A DNA stretch of 64,000 nt, taken from IMG/VR virus record IMGVR_UViG_3300035180_001778, positions 286,470 to 350,469 of that record. One strand, written 5' to 3'. The position numbers and the translations under genes were made by a program. Under the pieces are notes generated by a model that saw only the letters and a list, made by a program, of their open reading frames with translations, was not told the DNA's origin and ran no database searches. Shown piece by piece: positions 34,910-44,435 of this stretch (the stretch's first letter is position 1; the number at the start of each line of letters is the position of its first letter).

Positions 34910-36163
34910 TTACACCAACCACGTCGGCCGTGGAATGTTTTTGGGGTCGGGAGGGGGGCTTCCCGGGTCTTTGGGGGTAGCCACTTCCTTCACGGAAAGC
35001 AGCCGCATCCGGTTCACGCTTTCGAGGACGCGGGCCGGCTGGATGTGACGGAGCCGTCTCACGATGTAGGCGAGGTAGGTATGGGTCAGTTGGTCCGTTG
35101 CCTCGACCAAACGATCCAAGACATCGTTCTCGATCTTCATATCGTACCAGGCGAGCAGACCGAGGAAGATTTCCCGACGTTCTTCCGCATCCGGAGGCGG
35201 GAAGAAGACGGGCTCATCAAGCCTGTCCGGCTTCAGCATCGCAGAGTCGATCTTGCTCGCGTCGTTGGCTGTCACGATGAGCGTCGTCTTCGGGTGAGCC
35301 CGCTTGACGTACTCCGCCATGAACAGAATTCGAGCGTTGGTGTCTTCGACCGGAGCGCGATCGAAGTCATCGATGATGAGGAAGTTGGGGCGCAGTGTGT
35401 CGAGGAGGAAGCCCAGCTCATCGATCGCCAGTCTCGGCAGAACGGCAGCATCGATGTTGAGGCATTTCCCGCCGAACTCAGCCGCCAGTCGCGACGTGGC
35501 GAGCGTTTTCCCCGTGCCCTTCGGCCCCAAGAATAGGTACGAGATGCTCTCTCCGGCTTCCACCAAAGGGCGGTGTCCGTCAATCAGCTCCTTGAGCATC
35601 ACGACAGACTTCGGCGAAACGTATCCGGGGATCCTTGCCGGGATGGGGGTGAAGGTCATCTCTTCGCGCCACCCCTGCTTCACCATCGAGAGGTAGATAC
35701 CCTCTGTGTATTCGCCCCACAGCGAGTCGACGGCCTTTGCGAAGTCGAACCCTTGGGAGTGATACAGATCGCCTGTCACCCGAGGGCCATCCCCCCAGTT
35801 CTCTTCCTGGAACAGGACGACTTCCCCATCCGAGCTGGCGATCTCCATGAGGTCCAAGTGCTCATCGATGTGGGTACGCTCCAAGGGGTACGCGCGTCCG
35901 AGACTCGTCCCGAAGAAGAGCTTGACGAAGACTTGGCCTTGTCGTCGCTGGAGCTGCCTCTCCGTGGTGATCTCCCGTAGGCGGTTTGAGCGAGCGTTCC
36001 CGGTCCCGTAGTGCTTGTGGACCGAGTCGAAGATCGCGAGCGCCTTGACGAGGATCTCGAAGACTGAGTCCTCTTTCCGAGGGACCTTCGTCAGAATCTC
36101 CGACGCGAATCGAAACGTGGAGAGCGCTTTTTGCCAGGAAGGGAGGAGAGTCTTGATCCGCAT
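34910..36163 (-). CDS. AAA+ ATPase
   Basis: GPKGTGKT, IIDDFD, TAND…ID.AMLKPDRLD…PPPD.EER. Confidence 0.88.
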   Translation of the reverse strand: MRIKTLLPSWQKALSTFRFASEILTKVPRKEDSVFEILVKALAIFDSVHKHYGTGNARSNRLREITTERQLQRRQGQVFVKLFFGTSLGRAYPLERTHIDEHLDLMEIASSDGEVVLFQEENWGDGPRVTGDLYHSQGFDFAKAVDSLWGEYTEGIYLSMVKQGWREEMTFTPIPARIPGYVSPKSVVMLKELIDGHRPLVEAGESISYLFLGPKGTGKTLATSRLAAEFGGKCLNIDAAVLPRLAIDELGFLLDTLRPNFLIIDDFDRAPVEDTNARILFMAEYVKRAHPKTTLIVTANDASKIDSAMLKPDRLDEPVFFPPPDAEERREIFLGLLAWYDMKIENDVLDRLVEATDQLTHTYLAYIVRRLRHIQPARVLESVNRMRLLSVKEVATPKDPGSPPPDPKNIPRPTWLV

Positions 36164-36200
36164 GCGCCCAACCTACACCAGATCGGTGTAGGCTCTGGGG

Positions 36201-37017
36201 GTGGACATTCAGGTACTTGTTTCAATGCGGGCGTGGTTCGACACCGTGTACGATGTCGTTCAGAAACATCCCGGCGAATGGGTCCGTTGGAAAGACCCCA
36301 AACTGAGGCTGAACGGGATCTGCCGAGGTAATGTCGCTCTGGCCTTCACGGTCGGCTGGGCCTTCAAGCGGCCCCATCGTTCTCACGGCTTCGGTGACTT
36401 CGGTGACTTCGGCCATCCTCATTCCTGGAGGTGCTCAGCTCATCGACCCGACCGGGCTCACCTACGAAGTTGGAGTTGGGGGTAGCTACACCCCTGGAGA
36501 CAACATCCCCATCCTGTCGACGGATACAGGAGCGAGCACCAACCTCGCAGAAGGCACGGTCCTTCGTTGGGTGAGCCCGCCCCCCTATGTCACGCCCACG
36601 GCGCTGGTTGGGGACGGTGGCCTCACGGGTGGTGTTGACGCAGAAGACTACGAAGGTCTGAGGACTCGGGTTCTCGGTCGCAATCAGAACCCGCCCAACG
36701 GAGTCAACTGGCCCAGCATCGTGGAAGCGGCTGAGAAGTCCTCGACGGCTGTACAGAAGGCGTTCGCCTTCCCGGCGGCCAACGGACCTTCAACGGTTCA
36801 CGTTGCGGTGGTTCGGTCCCCCACGTCCACGAACAAGAACCGTGACGTCGATACCCTCGTTCTGAACTCGGACATCATCCCGAGCATCCTCGCGGCTTTC
36901 CCCGAATTCGTGGAGGTCGTGACCACGACGGTAAGGAACACCCCCGTGAGCGTCAGCTTTGGGGTGGCTCTCCCGCTGTCCAAGAAGGCATCTCCCGCTG
37001 GTCCTGGCGGGGGGTAG
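36201..37017 (+). pseudogene. internal fragment of a baseplate J/gp47-like gene joined out of frame to another 5' end
   Basis: IPGG.QLID..G..Y…GGVDAEDYEGLR.RVL…A…G..TVHV in frame 36331-37017; ends abruptly. Confidence 0.65.
36389..36412. repeat. 9-nt in-frame tandem duplication
   Basis: CTTCGGTGA x2 + CTTCGG. Confidence 0.9.
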
Positions 37018-37019
37018 AA

Positions 37020-37247
37020 ATGGACTGTGAGGTCGCTTGTTGTGCAATCTGTTTCAGTTGCATTGCGACCTCTTTGGGGTTTGCGGTCTATGTCTGTGCG
37101 GGCCTTTGGAGGATCAGCAAGCGTCTCAAGCGCTTCGAGGCGAAGCTGATCCTTGCCGAGGGCCAAATAGACAGAAGCCGATCGAGGCTGCTAGAGCAGC
37201 TCCATTTGGTATCCGAACGGATATCCAGTTTTGGGGACCGAACCTAA
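37020..37247 (+). CDS. small membrane-anchored protein
   Basis: TM helix then coiled coil; overlaps 3' end of an opposite-strand gene. Confidence 0.45.
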   Translation: MDCEVACCAICFSCIATSLGFAVYVCAGLWRISKRLKRFEAKLILAEGQIDRSRSRLLEQLHLVSERISSFGDRT

Positions 37248-37713
37248 CCACCAAGAGGACGCCCGCGCACCCCAGCAAGGCGTAAAGCAAGAGCAGCCCT
37301 TCCTCAAGAGCCAGCTTCCTACCTATCGAGCGGGCAACTATCAAGCCCGCTCCCACCAAATACCACGACAGATAGACAGCCTCGTAGAAGACGATGAGGT
37401 TGTCTCCCCTCAAGCTCGGGTAGCTCCACGCCACGAAGGCGAACGAGACGACCCAAAGAGCCAGCCCTGTTGACCACTTCGAGACGGCCCCGAGAAGGAC
37501 CGCTGGGAGAAGCAACATGAGTGCAGGCTCGGGGAGCCAGAGCAGGAACCCGTGCCCCACGTAGGGCTTCGGGTAGAGGCTTCTCCACGCCTGGAAGGGC
37601 ATCCTCCCGAGTTCATAGAGGACTCCGGCGACCAGAAACGCCGCAGCCCTCTTGAACCCTCTACGAAGGCACAAGAGGGCTGCCACGGCCCTGATGATGA
37701 TCAGAGCGATCAC
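37126..37713 (-). CDS. multi-pass membrane protein
   Basis: About 6-7 hydrophobic segments. Confidence 0.7.
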   Translation of the reverse strand: MIALIIIRAVAALLCLRRGFKRAAAFLVAGVLYELGRMPFQAWRSLYPKPYVGHGFLLWLPEPALMLLLPAVLLGAVSKWSTGLALWVVSFAFVAWSYPSLRGDNLIVFYEAVYLSWYLVGAGLIVARSIGRKLALEEGLLLLYALLGCAGVLLVVRFGPQNWISVRIPNGAALAASIGFCLFGPRQGSASPRSA

Positions 37714-37716
37714 GAG

Positions 37717-37893
37717 TCAGCCCGGGTCGGGAGGACCGTCAGGGAAGGTGACGAGCACCTTGGACCCGAAGTCCAACCACTTGCGCTGGTCCGTGGCCGA
37801 GAGACGGTCGAAGCTCGGCGTGTTGGCATCCCCAAAGACTTCGGTCCAAATCCCGTACACCCTCTTTGCAAAATCCACTTGTTTCTGTGTCAT
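37717..37893 (-). CDS. 58-aa helical protein
   Basis: …PSFDRLSATDQRKW…; resembles 53706-53894. Confidence 0.65.
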   Translation of the reverse strand: MTQKQVDFAKRVYGIWTEVFGDANTPSFDRLSATDQRKWLDFGSKVLVTFPDGPPDPG

Positions 37894-38105
37894 ATTGATA
37901 TCTGAAACCTCCGACGAACAGGTTATCATGTCTCCCTCGAAAAGTGCCCCAGTTGAAATCGACCCGAAGATCGCTGCCCTCATTCTTGCGGGTGTAGTCT
38001 CCGAGATTCGAGACGGGAAAGTCCACGTTATCTGCGCCGAGAAGATCGATTTCCGGGGGATACGACACTGATTGTCAAGTTCCGCCCGATTAAGGAGACA
38101 TCCAA

Positions 38106-38306
38106 GTGAAGATTCTTCAGTTCTTTGTCGAGAAGTACAAGCAACTACAGGCATGGGACGAGAGCTGTAGGCGGCTTCACCTGAAGCATGTGGAAGAGAC
38201 CCAAAGACTTTTTGAGGCGTTGCACGAGCTTGTGCAAAAGTCGCGTGATGCTGAGCAGGGTGGCTCCTCTTATCGGAAGCCCCCTGCTCCGGAGAACCCC
38301 CAGTGA
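38106..38306 (+). CDS. hypothetical protein
   Basis: 66 aa; GTGA-coupled to next gene. Confidence 0.55.
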   Translation: MKILQFFVEKYKQLQAWDESCRRLHLKHVEETQRLFEALHELVQKSRDAEQGGSSYRKPPAPENPQ

Positions 38307-38479
38307 ACAACGACTTCGAGACGAACATCTCCAGGGAAGAGGCGAGGGGCATCGGCCTCGCGGTTCTCAGTGCTGCTCTGATTGCAGTGGCTCAGGGGAT
38401 CGCCCAGCTCGGGGTTGGGGAGATCCAGAGGTGGCGCGAAGAGCGTCGTACCAAGAAGAACGAAGAGGACTCCAAGTGA
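38303..38479 (+). CDS. small membrane protein (not in ORF track)
   Basis: TM helix GIGLAVLSAALIAVAQGIAQLG; coupled on both sides. Confidence 0.6.
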   Translation: MNNDFETNISREEARGIGLAVLSAALIAVAQGIAQLGVGEIQRWREERRTKKNEEDSK

Positions 38480-38649
38480 GCCTCTCCGATGTGATGACGC
38501 TCTTGAAGTTCTTGGACGGGCTCTTCTCTCTCGGGGGAAAGCTCGTTGAAGCTGCTCAAGGGAGGCATCCCGAGCTGGTCATCACCCCTCTGCCGGACCT
38601 CGCCGCTCTCGACAAGGCTCGGCAGGACGCCATCAGGCGCGTCAGTTGA
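38476..38649 (+). CDS. hypothetical protein
   Basis: 57 aa; GTGA overlap. Confidence 0.55.
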   Translation: MSLSDVMTLLKFLDGLFSLGGKLVEAAQGRHPELVITPLPDLAALDKARQDAIRRVS

Positions 38650-38676
38650 AGCAGCACCAGTGGGTCGTGTGCTTGA

Positions 38677-39069
38677 TCACAACAGCGTCCCCCTGACCCA
38701 TATTCTGACAGTCCGGCTCGGACGAGGGCTTGTGGGGGCCTTCCAGCCCATCAAGACACACCCACTCCACTCCACTCCTTTCATGTCGTCACAGAAGGTG
38801 CCACCAGATGGAGCAGGCACCACGATCCAACTGGCGAGGAAGCAGGTAGGGTCACTCGCACCAGAGGGCCCACCACTGGAAGTCGAGCTGGACGAAGAGC
38901 TTGAAGTCGAGCTGCTCCCCACCGAAGCGCTCGACTGTGCTTCTTCGGCACACCCCCCGCCCACACCTTCGATCTTCAAACCAGCCCCCTCGGACTGGTA
39001 GTAGTTGTACTCACAACCAACCCCCAAGAGACTGAGGAGGCCGGCAACCGAGAGGATGACGTTCTTCAT
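38677..39069 (-). CDS. lipoprotein with Ser-rich linker
   Basis: MKNVILSVAGLLSLLGVG-C lipobox; GGTGTA upstream. Confidence 0.75.
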   Translation of the reverse strand: MKNVILSVAGLLSLLGVGCEYNYYQSEGAGLKIEGVGGGCAEEAQSSASVGSSSTSSSSSSSTSSGGPSGASDPTCFLASWIVVPAPSGGTFCDDMKGVEWSGCVLMGWKAPTSPRPSRTVRIWVRGTLL

Positions 39070-39111
39070 AGTTTCCATAGTACACCAACAACCCCCAAGA
39101 CGGAAATACAT

Positions 39112-39192
39112 TTAGGGGTCCTGAGATTCTTTTTTGGGGTGTGGGGTCGGGTAGGAGTTGGTCCGCGTGAACGTCTGGGCGTAGATGGCCAT
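39112..39192 (-). CDS. 26-aa peptide (not in ORF track)
   Basis: MAIYAQTFTRTNSYPTPHPKKESQDP; promoter 39200-39228 at N8. Confidence 0.55.
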   Translation of the reverse strand: MAIYAQTFTRTNSYPTPHPKKESQDP

Positions 39193-39222
39193 GGCTCTCC
39201 TACAAGAGCCGACCCTCTCGGA

Positions 39223-39462
39223 TCAACCTTCGGACAACCCGTGGATCTCTTGCCCCATCCGACAGCCTTCGGGGTTGAGGCAGCTGGGGCAGTTCCCGTA
39301 CTTGGGAAGGTCGACGTACCCGCATCCGATGCAGACATGGTCGAGCAGCTCTTCGATGAAGAGCGCGACATGCTCGGGGGGCCACCCTCGCAGCTTGGAC
39401 ATGAGCAGAAGAACTTCGTCCTTCACTTCCCCTTCGGTCGGGATGAGCTTGTCTTCAGGCAT
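39223..39462 (-). CDS. Zn-ribbon small protein
   Basis: CIGCG…CPSC. Confidence 0.7.
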   Translation of the reverse strand: MPEDKLIPTEGEVKDEVLLLMSKLRGWPPEHVALFIEELLDHVCIGCGYVDLPKYGNCPSCLNPEGCRMGQEIHGLSEG

Positions 39463-39853
39463 TTTTCAGGTTTCCGATCGTGGTGTGGAAGCACTCCGCC
39501 CCATCCGGAGGCTTCGTGTACCAGTCCGAAGGGCTGAGTCCCAGCCATACTCGGATCCCTTGGAGCTGAGGGGAGTAGACGTTGAGCCAGTAGTAGACCT
39601 CTCCGACTTGCACCTCGGGGTCGTACTCGAATGGGATGGTCTTCCCTGCCAGGGACATGGAGCGAAACGAGAACGCCCCTTCGGCCCGCACGACCGTGAT
39701 ATGGGGCGCGAACCTCTGCTTGTTGAGCCTGATACTTTTGGGCGTCAGAGCCCTTGCCAGGGCGGTGATCTCGGGGTCTACAAGCAACACCAAGCGAGAC
39801 GTCCCGTCGAGCGAGATGCTGATTTCGATGGTGCCTTCGCTCTGGATCAGCAC
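39455..39853 (-). CDS. 2H phosphoesterase
   Basis: Two HxT motifs about 70 aa apart: PHITVV and FHTTIG. Confidence 0.75.
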   Translation of the reverse strand: MLIQSEGTIEISISLDGTSRLVLLVDPEITALARALTPKSIRLNKQRFAPHITVVRAEGAFSFRSMSLAGKTIPFEYDPEVQVGEVYYWLNVYSPQLQGIRVWLGLSPSDWYTKPPDGAECFHTTIGNLKNA

Positions 39854-40032
39854 TTGGGGTCCTCAGACTTGGCGTGCTTCTCTTCCCAGTGCTTCGCGTA
39901 CTCCACACCCGACATGCTCTCTGCATCCTTGGGAGTGTGAAGCACGATGCGCTTCTTGCACACGGGGCAGGTAGCGACCACTTGCTTCTTCTTGTTGATG
40001 GAGCGCATCGCGTAGGGGATTCCGATACTCAT
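39847..40032 (-). CDS. Zn-binding small protein
   Basis: CPVC…H…H; promoter 40040-40068. Confidence 0.75.
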   Translation of the reverse strand: MSIGIPYAMRSINKKKQVVATCPVCKKRIVLHTPKDAESMSGVEYAKHWEEKHAKSEDPKC

Positions 40033-40062
40033 GTCTCTCCTACAGGCTGAAGGCCTCGCCGA

Positions 40063-40329
40063 TCAACAGTCGCAGGGGTTCGATTGGATCAGAGGTGCGG
40101 GGACGTAGACCGGGAGCAGCTCGCCTTGGGTAGCCGCGAGGATGAAGCATTCGACTCGGCGCCAGGTGGCATCGGACTGGACATCCTTGACGGGCGTCTG
40201 GAGCTTGATCGCCGAGAAGTAGGCCACGGTGTACGTGTCACCTCCTCCAGGTCCCGTGCTGAGGCAGACGTCGATCGTGGGGTCTACTCCGACGAGCAGA
40301 GCGAGAAGGTCTTGGACTTTCATACCCAA
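40063..40329 (-). CDS. hypothetical protein
   Basis: MKVQDLLALL…D.DVC pattern; stop within GTTGATC. Confidence 0.7.
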   Translation of the reverse strand: MGMKVQDLLALLVGVDPTIDVCLSTGPGGGDTYTVAYFSAIKLQTPVKDVQSDATWRRVECFILAATQGELLPVYVPAPLIQSNPCDC

Positions 40330-40346
40330 GACCTCTCACAGAAAGT

Positions 40347-40703
40347 CTAGGGCTCGACGCTCATGGGGTGGTAGCTCCGCCAGAGCTTCCTCCAGGCGAT
40401 GTAACCCAGCGCGATCCCCACTCCAGCAATAGCGCTCCAGGCTCCCTTCAGAGCGAAGTACGTGAGCCAGCACAGCTCCTTCACCACGAAGAAGTACCAG
40501 TAGTGCCGAGCGCAGGGGACCGAGGGCTTCTCCCGAGCGGCGTCTTTCTCGGTCATCCGGTCGCCCATCGACGTGCAGACGTGACCACAGAAGACGGCCA
40601 CAGAACCGAACAGCTCGATGGGCTTCATGCCCGTCACGACCCACACGAGGAGCAGGACGGCCACGACGACGGCGTTCTCGAAGTGCCAGGTGCGGAGCTT
40701 CAC
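40347..40703 (-). CDS. membrane protein
   Basis: 3-4 hydrophobic segments. Confidence 0.75.
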   Translation of the reverse strand: MKLRTWHFENAVVVAVLLLVWVVTGMKPIELFGSVAVFCGHVCTSMGDRMTEKDAAREKPSVPCARHYWYFFVVKELCWLTYFALKGAWSAIAGVGIALGYIAWRKLWRSYHPMSVEP

Positions 40704-40900
40704 GGTCCCTCGAAGCGGGCGAGGAGGATCTTCCGGGCTTCCACGATCACGTCCTCGATGTCCTCGCGGGTGATCTCACCCTTCGCGTAGGCGTTGGCGA
40801 TCAGGCTCGTGCCGGGGACGTTGAGGAGGGCCCCACAGGGGCCCTCCTCGGCCAAGATGTACTCACAGAGTTGGCGCTTCATCGGGTTCGAGAGAGGCAT
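40700..40900 (-). CDS. hypothetical protein
   Basis: 66 aa; GTGA overlap. Confidence 0.6.
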   Translation of the reverse strand: MPLSNPMKRQLCEYILAEEGPCGALLNVPGTSLIANAYAKGEITREDIEDVIVEARKILLARFEGP

Positions 40901-40912
40901 GATGCAGTCCTT

Positions 40913-41167
40913 TCAGCTCTTGGGAGTCCAGGGCTTGTTGCTCAGGGCTCGTTCGCGAAGATCGAAGCCAGAAGCCACGAGTTCTTTGCCGAGCGTGTTC
41001 GCGATGACGTCACGGTCCTCTTGACTCAGGCCGACACCCCAGGAGGTGACGGCTCCGCGTATACCCGAGAAGGAGATGTGCCCACCGCCTGCGTTGAACT
41101 CGGCGATGTGCTTGCGGGCCCCTTCGAGGCATTCCGCGATGAGAGTGTTTCGGTAGTTGGCATCCAT
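40913..41167 (-). CDS. hypothetical protein
   Basis: Promoter 41175-41203 at N8. Confidence 0.75.
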   Translation of the reverse strand: MDANYRNTLIAECLEGARKHIAEFNAGGGHISFSGIRGAVTSWGVGLSQEDRDVIANTLGKELVASGFDLRERALSNKPWTPKS

Positions 41168-41197
41168 GATGGGACTACAGCGCGAGGGGCGTACCGA

Positions 41198-41401
41198 TCA
41201 ACCTTGATATTTCTCGATGCTCTCGCGAGCTTTGACCTCCAGGGCATTCAGGTCGTTCTTGATGCCCTGGTAGAGTTCCCGCACATCAGGGTCGAGAAGG
41301 TCAACATCGGACTCATCGACGGGGTCGACCAAGGCTTCCAGAGCGAGATGCGCCACTTCGAGGACGGAACGGTGAGCGTTCCTACGTTGTCTGTCGGACA
41401 T
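41198..41401 (-). CDS. acidic helical protein
   Basis: 67 aa; stop within GGTTGATC. Confidence 0.7.
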   Translation of the reverse strand: MSDRQRRNAHRSVLEVAHLALEALVDPVDESDVDLLDPDVRELYQGIKNDLNALEVKARESIEKYQG

Positions 41402-41403
41402 CT

Positions 41404-41658
41404 TCAACCTCCGCAGACCCGGCCGCGAGCCGTGATATAGGTGGTCCATCGGTACTGCTCCGAGCCATCCGGCATCATGACGATGCAGATCGAGCCCTCG
41501 TGCAGGACCTTCTTGATCTTGAACCCGTCGATGACGCGATCGGTCCCGTCCAGGTCCCCAACCAGGATGATCTGGCCCGCCTTGGGCTTGTCGCTTCGGC
41601 GGGCGATCGTCAGGTGCTCGTTGAGCGTCCACAGCGGGGCGATGTTGAGGGGGTGCAT
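41404..41658 (-). CDS. hypothetical protein
   Basis: 84-aa ORF. Confidence 0.65.
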   Translation of the reverse strand: MHPLNIAPLWTLNEHLTIARRSDKPKAGQIILVGDLDGTDRVIDGFKIKKVLHEGSICIVMMPDGSEQYRWTTYITARGRVCGG

Positions 41659-41659
41659 G

Positions 41660-41908
41660 TCAGCCCTCGATGAGGACCATGGCCCGCGCGATCACGCGAT
41701 CCATGTGGGGCTCGAACTTCCAGCCCTTGGGGGCTCCGAACAGCTCGGGAGCGTCGCACGACGAAGAGTAGGTTGCTCCCCCGTCGTCGCGATTCTTGAG
41801 CGCAGCCAGGAACGTTGCCGCTCCCTCCACGTCGTCGAGAGCGAACGTCCCCATCGAATCCTCTCCGAACTCGATGACCAGCCGACCAGCTTCGATTGCG
41901 ATATACAT
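41660..41908 (-). CDS. hypothetical protein
   Basis: Promoter 41919-41947. Confidence 0.75.
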   Translation of the reverse strand: MYIAIEAGRLVIEFGEDSMGTFALDDVEGAATFLAALKNRDDGGATYSSSCDAPELFGAPKGWKFEPHMDRVIARAMVLIEG

Positions 41909-41949
41909 GGTCCCCTCCCTACAGATCGAGCGCTTCTCGGATCAACCGA

Positions 41950-42456
41950 TTAGGCCGTCTCCAGGAGCTTCTTGACGCGAGCGATCTCTTCCGCCGAATG
42001 AACCACCCCACCCGCGTTGATGAGGAGGTACAGCTTGAGGACTTCGGCACGCGTCGCAAGGTTCATCACGCGCCAGTTGAACGACGGCCCTGAAGTGTAG
42101 TTGAGCTTGCCCTCGAACTCCGAGTAGAGCTTCCCGAACGCCGGGACCTCGTTCCGCATGAAGCCGAGGGCCGCAGACACGCGCTGGAGGCCGTCCACAA
42201 GCTCGTAGGGGCCTCTGTAGTCGCCCATCCATCCGGGACAGTTGGTCGTGATGTTCATCGAGGATTCGCCACCCATGAGGGCGTATTCGACGAAGGCCGT
42301 CTTCTGCTCCGGCGTCCAGACGTGGCCGCGCTGATAGTCCGGCTCCAGGTTGAGCGGTAGCTCCTTGTCCTTGTTGATCTGGTCTTCCAGATAGCGCCAA
42401 GAGACGTGGACCTGGTAGTGTGCTTTGGGGAACTGGGGGATCTCGGAGAACTTCAT
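41950..42456 (-). CDS. stand-alone DUF262 (ParB-like, GmrS-type) protein
   Basis: PDYQRGHVWT.EQ…LVDGLQR; promoter 42464-42492. Confidence 0.8.
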   Translation of the reverse strand: MKFSEIPQFPKAHYQVHVSWRYLEDQINKDKELPLNLEPDYQRGHVWTPEQKTAFVEYALMGGESSMNITTNCPGWMGDYRGPYELVDGLQRVSAALGFMRNEVPAFGKLYSEFEGKLNYTSGPSFNWRVMNLATRAEVLKLYLLINAGGVVHSAEEIARVKKLLETA

Positions 42457-42707
42457 GCCTCTCCTACAGAGGTCGGTCGGATGGGATCAACCGAATAAAT
42501 TCGGGAGTAGGTCGGGTCTTCCTCCCGACCACCTTTCACGGCAAAGCCGCGCTCTACCGCCTGTTCCAGAGCATACTCCGTCTCGTTCTCGTACATTTTC
42601 TCCCAGTCCTCCGTACTCTCGTCGAGAGCCTTTTGGATATCGTATGTGAGCATGGGCTCGACAGTGAGAACGTCGAGAATGAGACGGAGATTTCGCTCTG
42701 ATTTCAT
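42453..42707 (-). CDS. winged-HTH-like protein
   Basis: LRLILDVL..EPML.YDI…; promoter at N8. Confidence 0.65.
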   Translation of the reverse strand: MKSERNLRLILDVLTVEPMLTYDIQKALDESTEDWEKMYENETEYALEQAVERGFAVKGGREEDPTYSRIYSVDPIRPTSVGEA

Positions 42708-43291
42708 GATCCTCCTACAAACGTAGGGTCATACCGATCAACCGACGCTTGGGTGATGGCTCGCGCCAGTTCAATTACTCTAGCCTGATCGAATGTGCCC
42801 TTGAGCCTGTTGACATCTTTGTGTAGCCACTGAACGTTGCCTACCTCGTATCCCTTGGCATTGTCCACACGATCCAGGGACGCAGTAGATTCTCCGTGCT
42901 TCTCACCGTGAACGCTTGCGGCGAAGCCGATATCAAGCCCAGACATCGCACAGCGCTTGTTCTGCGCTGACAGCAGTCCCAGGAGGTACTCTTTGGTGAC
43001 CCCCAGATCGAAGTAGATTCCGCGCTTGCTAGCGGATATTTGCAAGCGCCTCAGATAGTGGTGGGAGAGCTGGCCGTTGAGTTGCTTCGCCCGATTGGCG
43101 CACTCACGACACGACATCAGCGCCTTCTTGCCTTTCAGCCGAAATCCGATGACGTTGTACACTTTACCGCAGGCGCAAAGCACGTCCCATGTGGGGTGCT
43201 TTTGAACGTACCCAGCGTGTGTGTAGAGCTTGTCAGGACCTCTCGTCAAAACGAGAAGTTGGCCTGAAATGTAGCCTTCCTGTACTTCCAC
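42704..43291 (-). mobile_element. free-standing HNH homing-endonuclease-like gene
   Basis: W..LCACG…SC..C; RCAMSG…ASLDRVDN.KGY..GNVQW…VN..K; visibly more AT-rich codons. Confidence 0.8.
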
Positions 43292-43527
43292 TGATTCACC
43301 TTGCTCCGAGCGTACCAGGGACTACAACTTCACGCAAGCAAAAGTTTCTCGACGCGGTTGTTACTTCTCGGCGCCCTCATCCCAAGAGATGCCGCAAGGG
43401 CAAGAGAAGTGGCCGCATCCGGGGTGACACTCCTTCATCTTCCGATGGTCGCAGAACGCCCCCCGAGGTGGGATGGCGAGCGTTCTGCGGGGCGGGTCGT
43501 CCTGGACGACCTCGATGATCGAAGGCT

Positions 43528-43803
43528 TCACGCTTGCACAAATCCCTGAGCGATCAGCGTTTTCCGTTCGACGCCATCAAAGACGGCGTCGAAGACGGTC
43601 AGGCTTTCGTCGAGCGTACCCGCTCGTTCCATGCCCGCATCGTCGTTGCCCCACACGGTGACGCGCCAGAGGTTCTTCGCATCCTTCACGACCGACACGG
43701 TCAGAGTGCCGTTCTCGTCCGTTTGGAAGTGGTGCATGTCGAAGTAGACCTGGACCTGGACTTTCTTCTCCTTGCGTTTCTTCTGGGCTCGAATCGGTTT
43801 CAT
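43528..43803 (-). CDS. hypothetical protein
   Basis: Promoter 43811-43839 at N8. Confidence 0.75.
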   Translation of the reverse strand: MKPIRAQKKRKEKKVQVQVYFDMHHFQTDENGTLTVSVVKDAKNLWRVTVWGNDDAGMERAGTLDESLTVFDAVFDGVERKTLIAQGFVQA

Positions 43804-44078
43804 GCAGCTACTACAGCCGAGCGGAGCTTGTGATCAACACACGAATGCGTGTTCTTTGTCCCCGGATTCCCCGGCACACGGAACGAGGTGGTCACGGGCT
43901 TCATCTCGGGGCCCATCAGGATTTGGTGCCGAAGGCAGCCGCACTGATTGCACCACTCGTGGACATGAGCGCCTATGAATCGACTGCGCCCCCCTTGGGG
44001 ATCGTGCGGGCGTTTGTGACCAGGGTGTAGGCCTGCTTCTCCCAGATTTCTCGGTAGTCGACCTGCTCCCATTGATGC

Positions 44079-44405
44079 TCAGTCATAGACTTCCTCGATC
44101 TGCGCGACCGTGATCCCCTTGACGATCGACCCGTCCTTCAGGCCGCCGTGGTCGTAGATGGGGTCGTTGTTGAGCGTGCCCGTCAAGAGGCCGCCTTCCA
44201 GGCACAGGACGAGCACCCACATGTGCTCGTTCCTGGAGACGCCGCCGTCGGTCTTGCCGACGAAGTTCATCTTGACGTACTTGCCGACGAAGCTCGTCGG
44301 GTCCTGTCCGACGAATCCGCCACCTCTGGGGGCGTGGGCTTCGCAGACGTTGCCGATGTTGCTGGCAGGTTCTTGGGCGGTGGTCGTGTAGGTGAGGGAC
44401 TTCAT
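44079..44405 (-). CDS. DUF2314/YegJ-like protein
   Basis: VK..F…EHMWV…G.L.NDP; start set by promoter. Confidence 0.65.
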   Translation of the reverse strand: MKSLTYTTTAQEPASNIGNVCEAHAPRGGGFVGQDPTSFVGKYVKMNFVGKTDGGVSRNEHMWVLVLCLEGGLLTGTLNNDPIYDHGGLKDGSIVKGITVAQIEEVYD

Positions 44406-44435
44406 CCTTGACATACAAGCCGAGGACCAGCCGGA

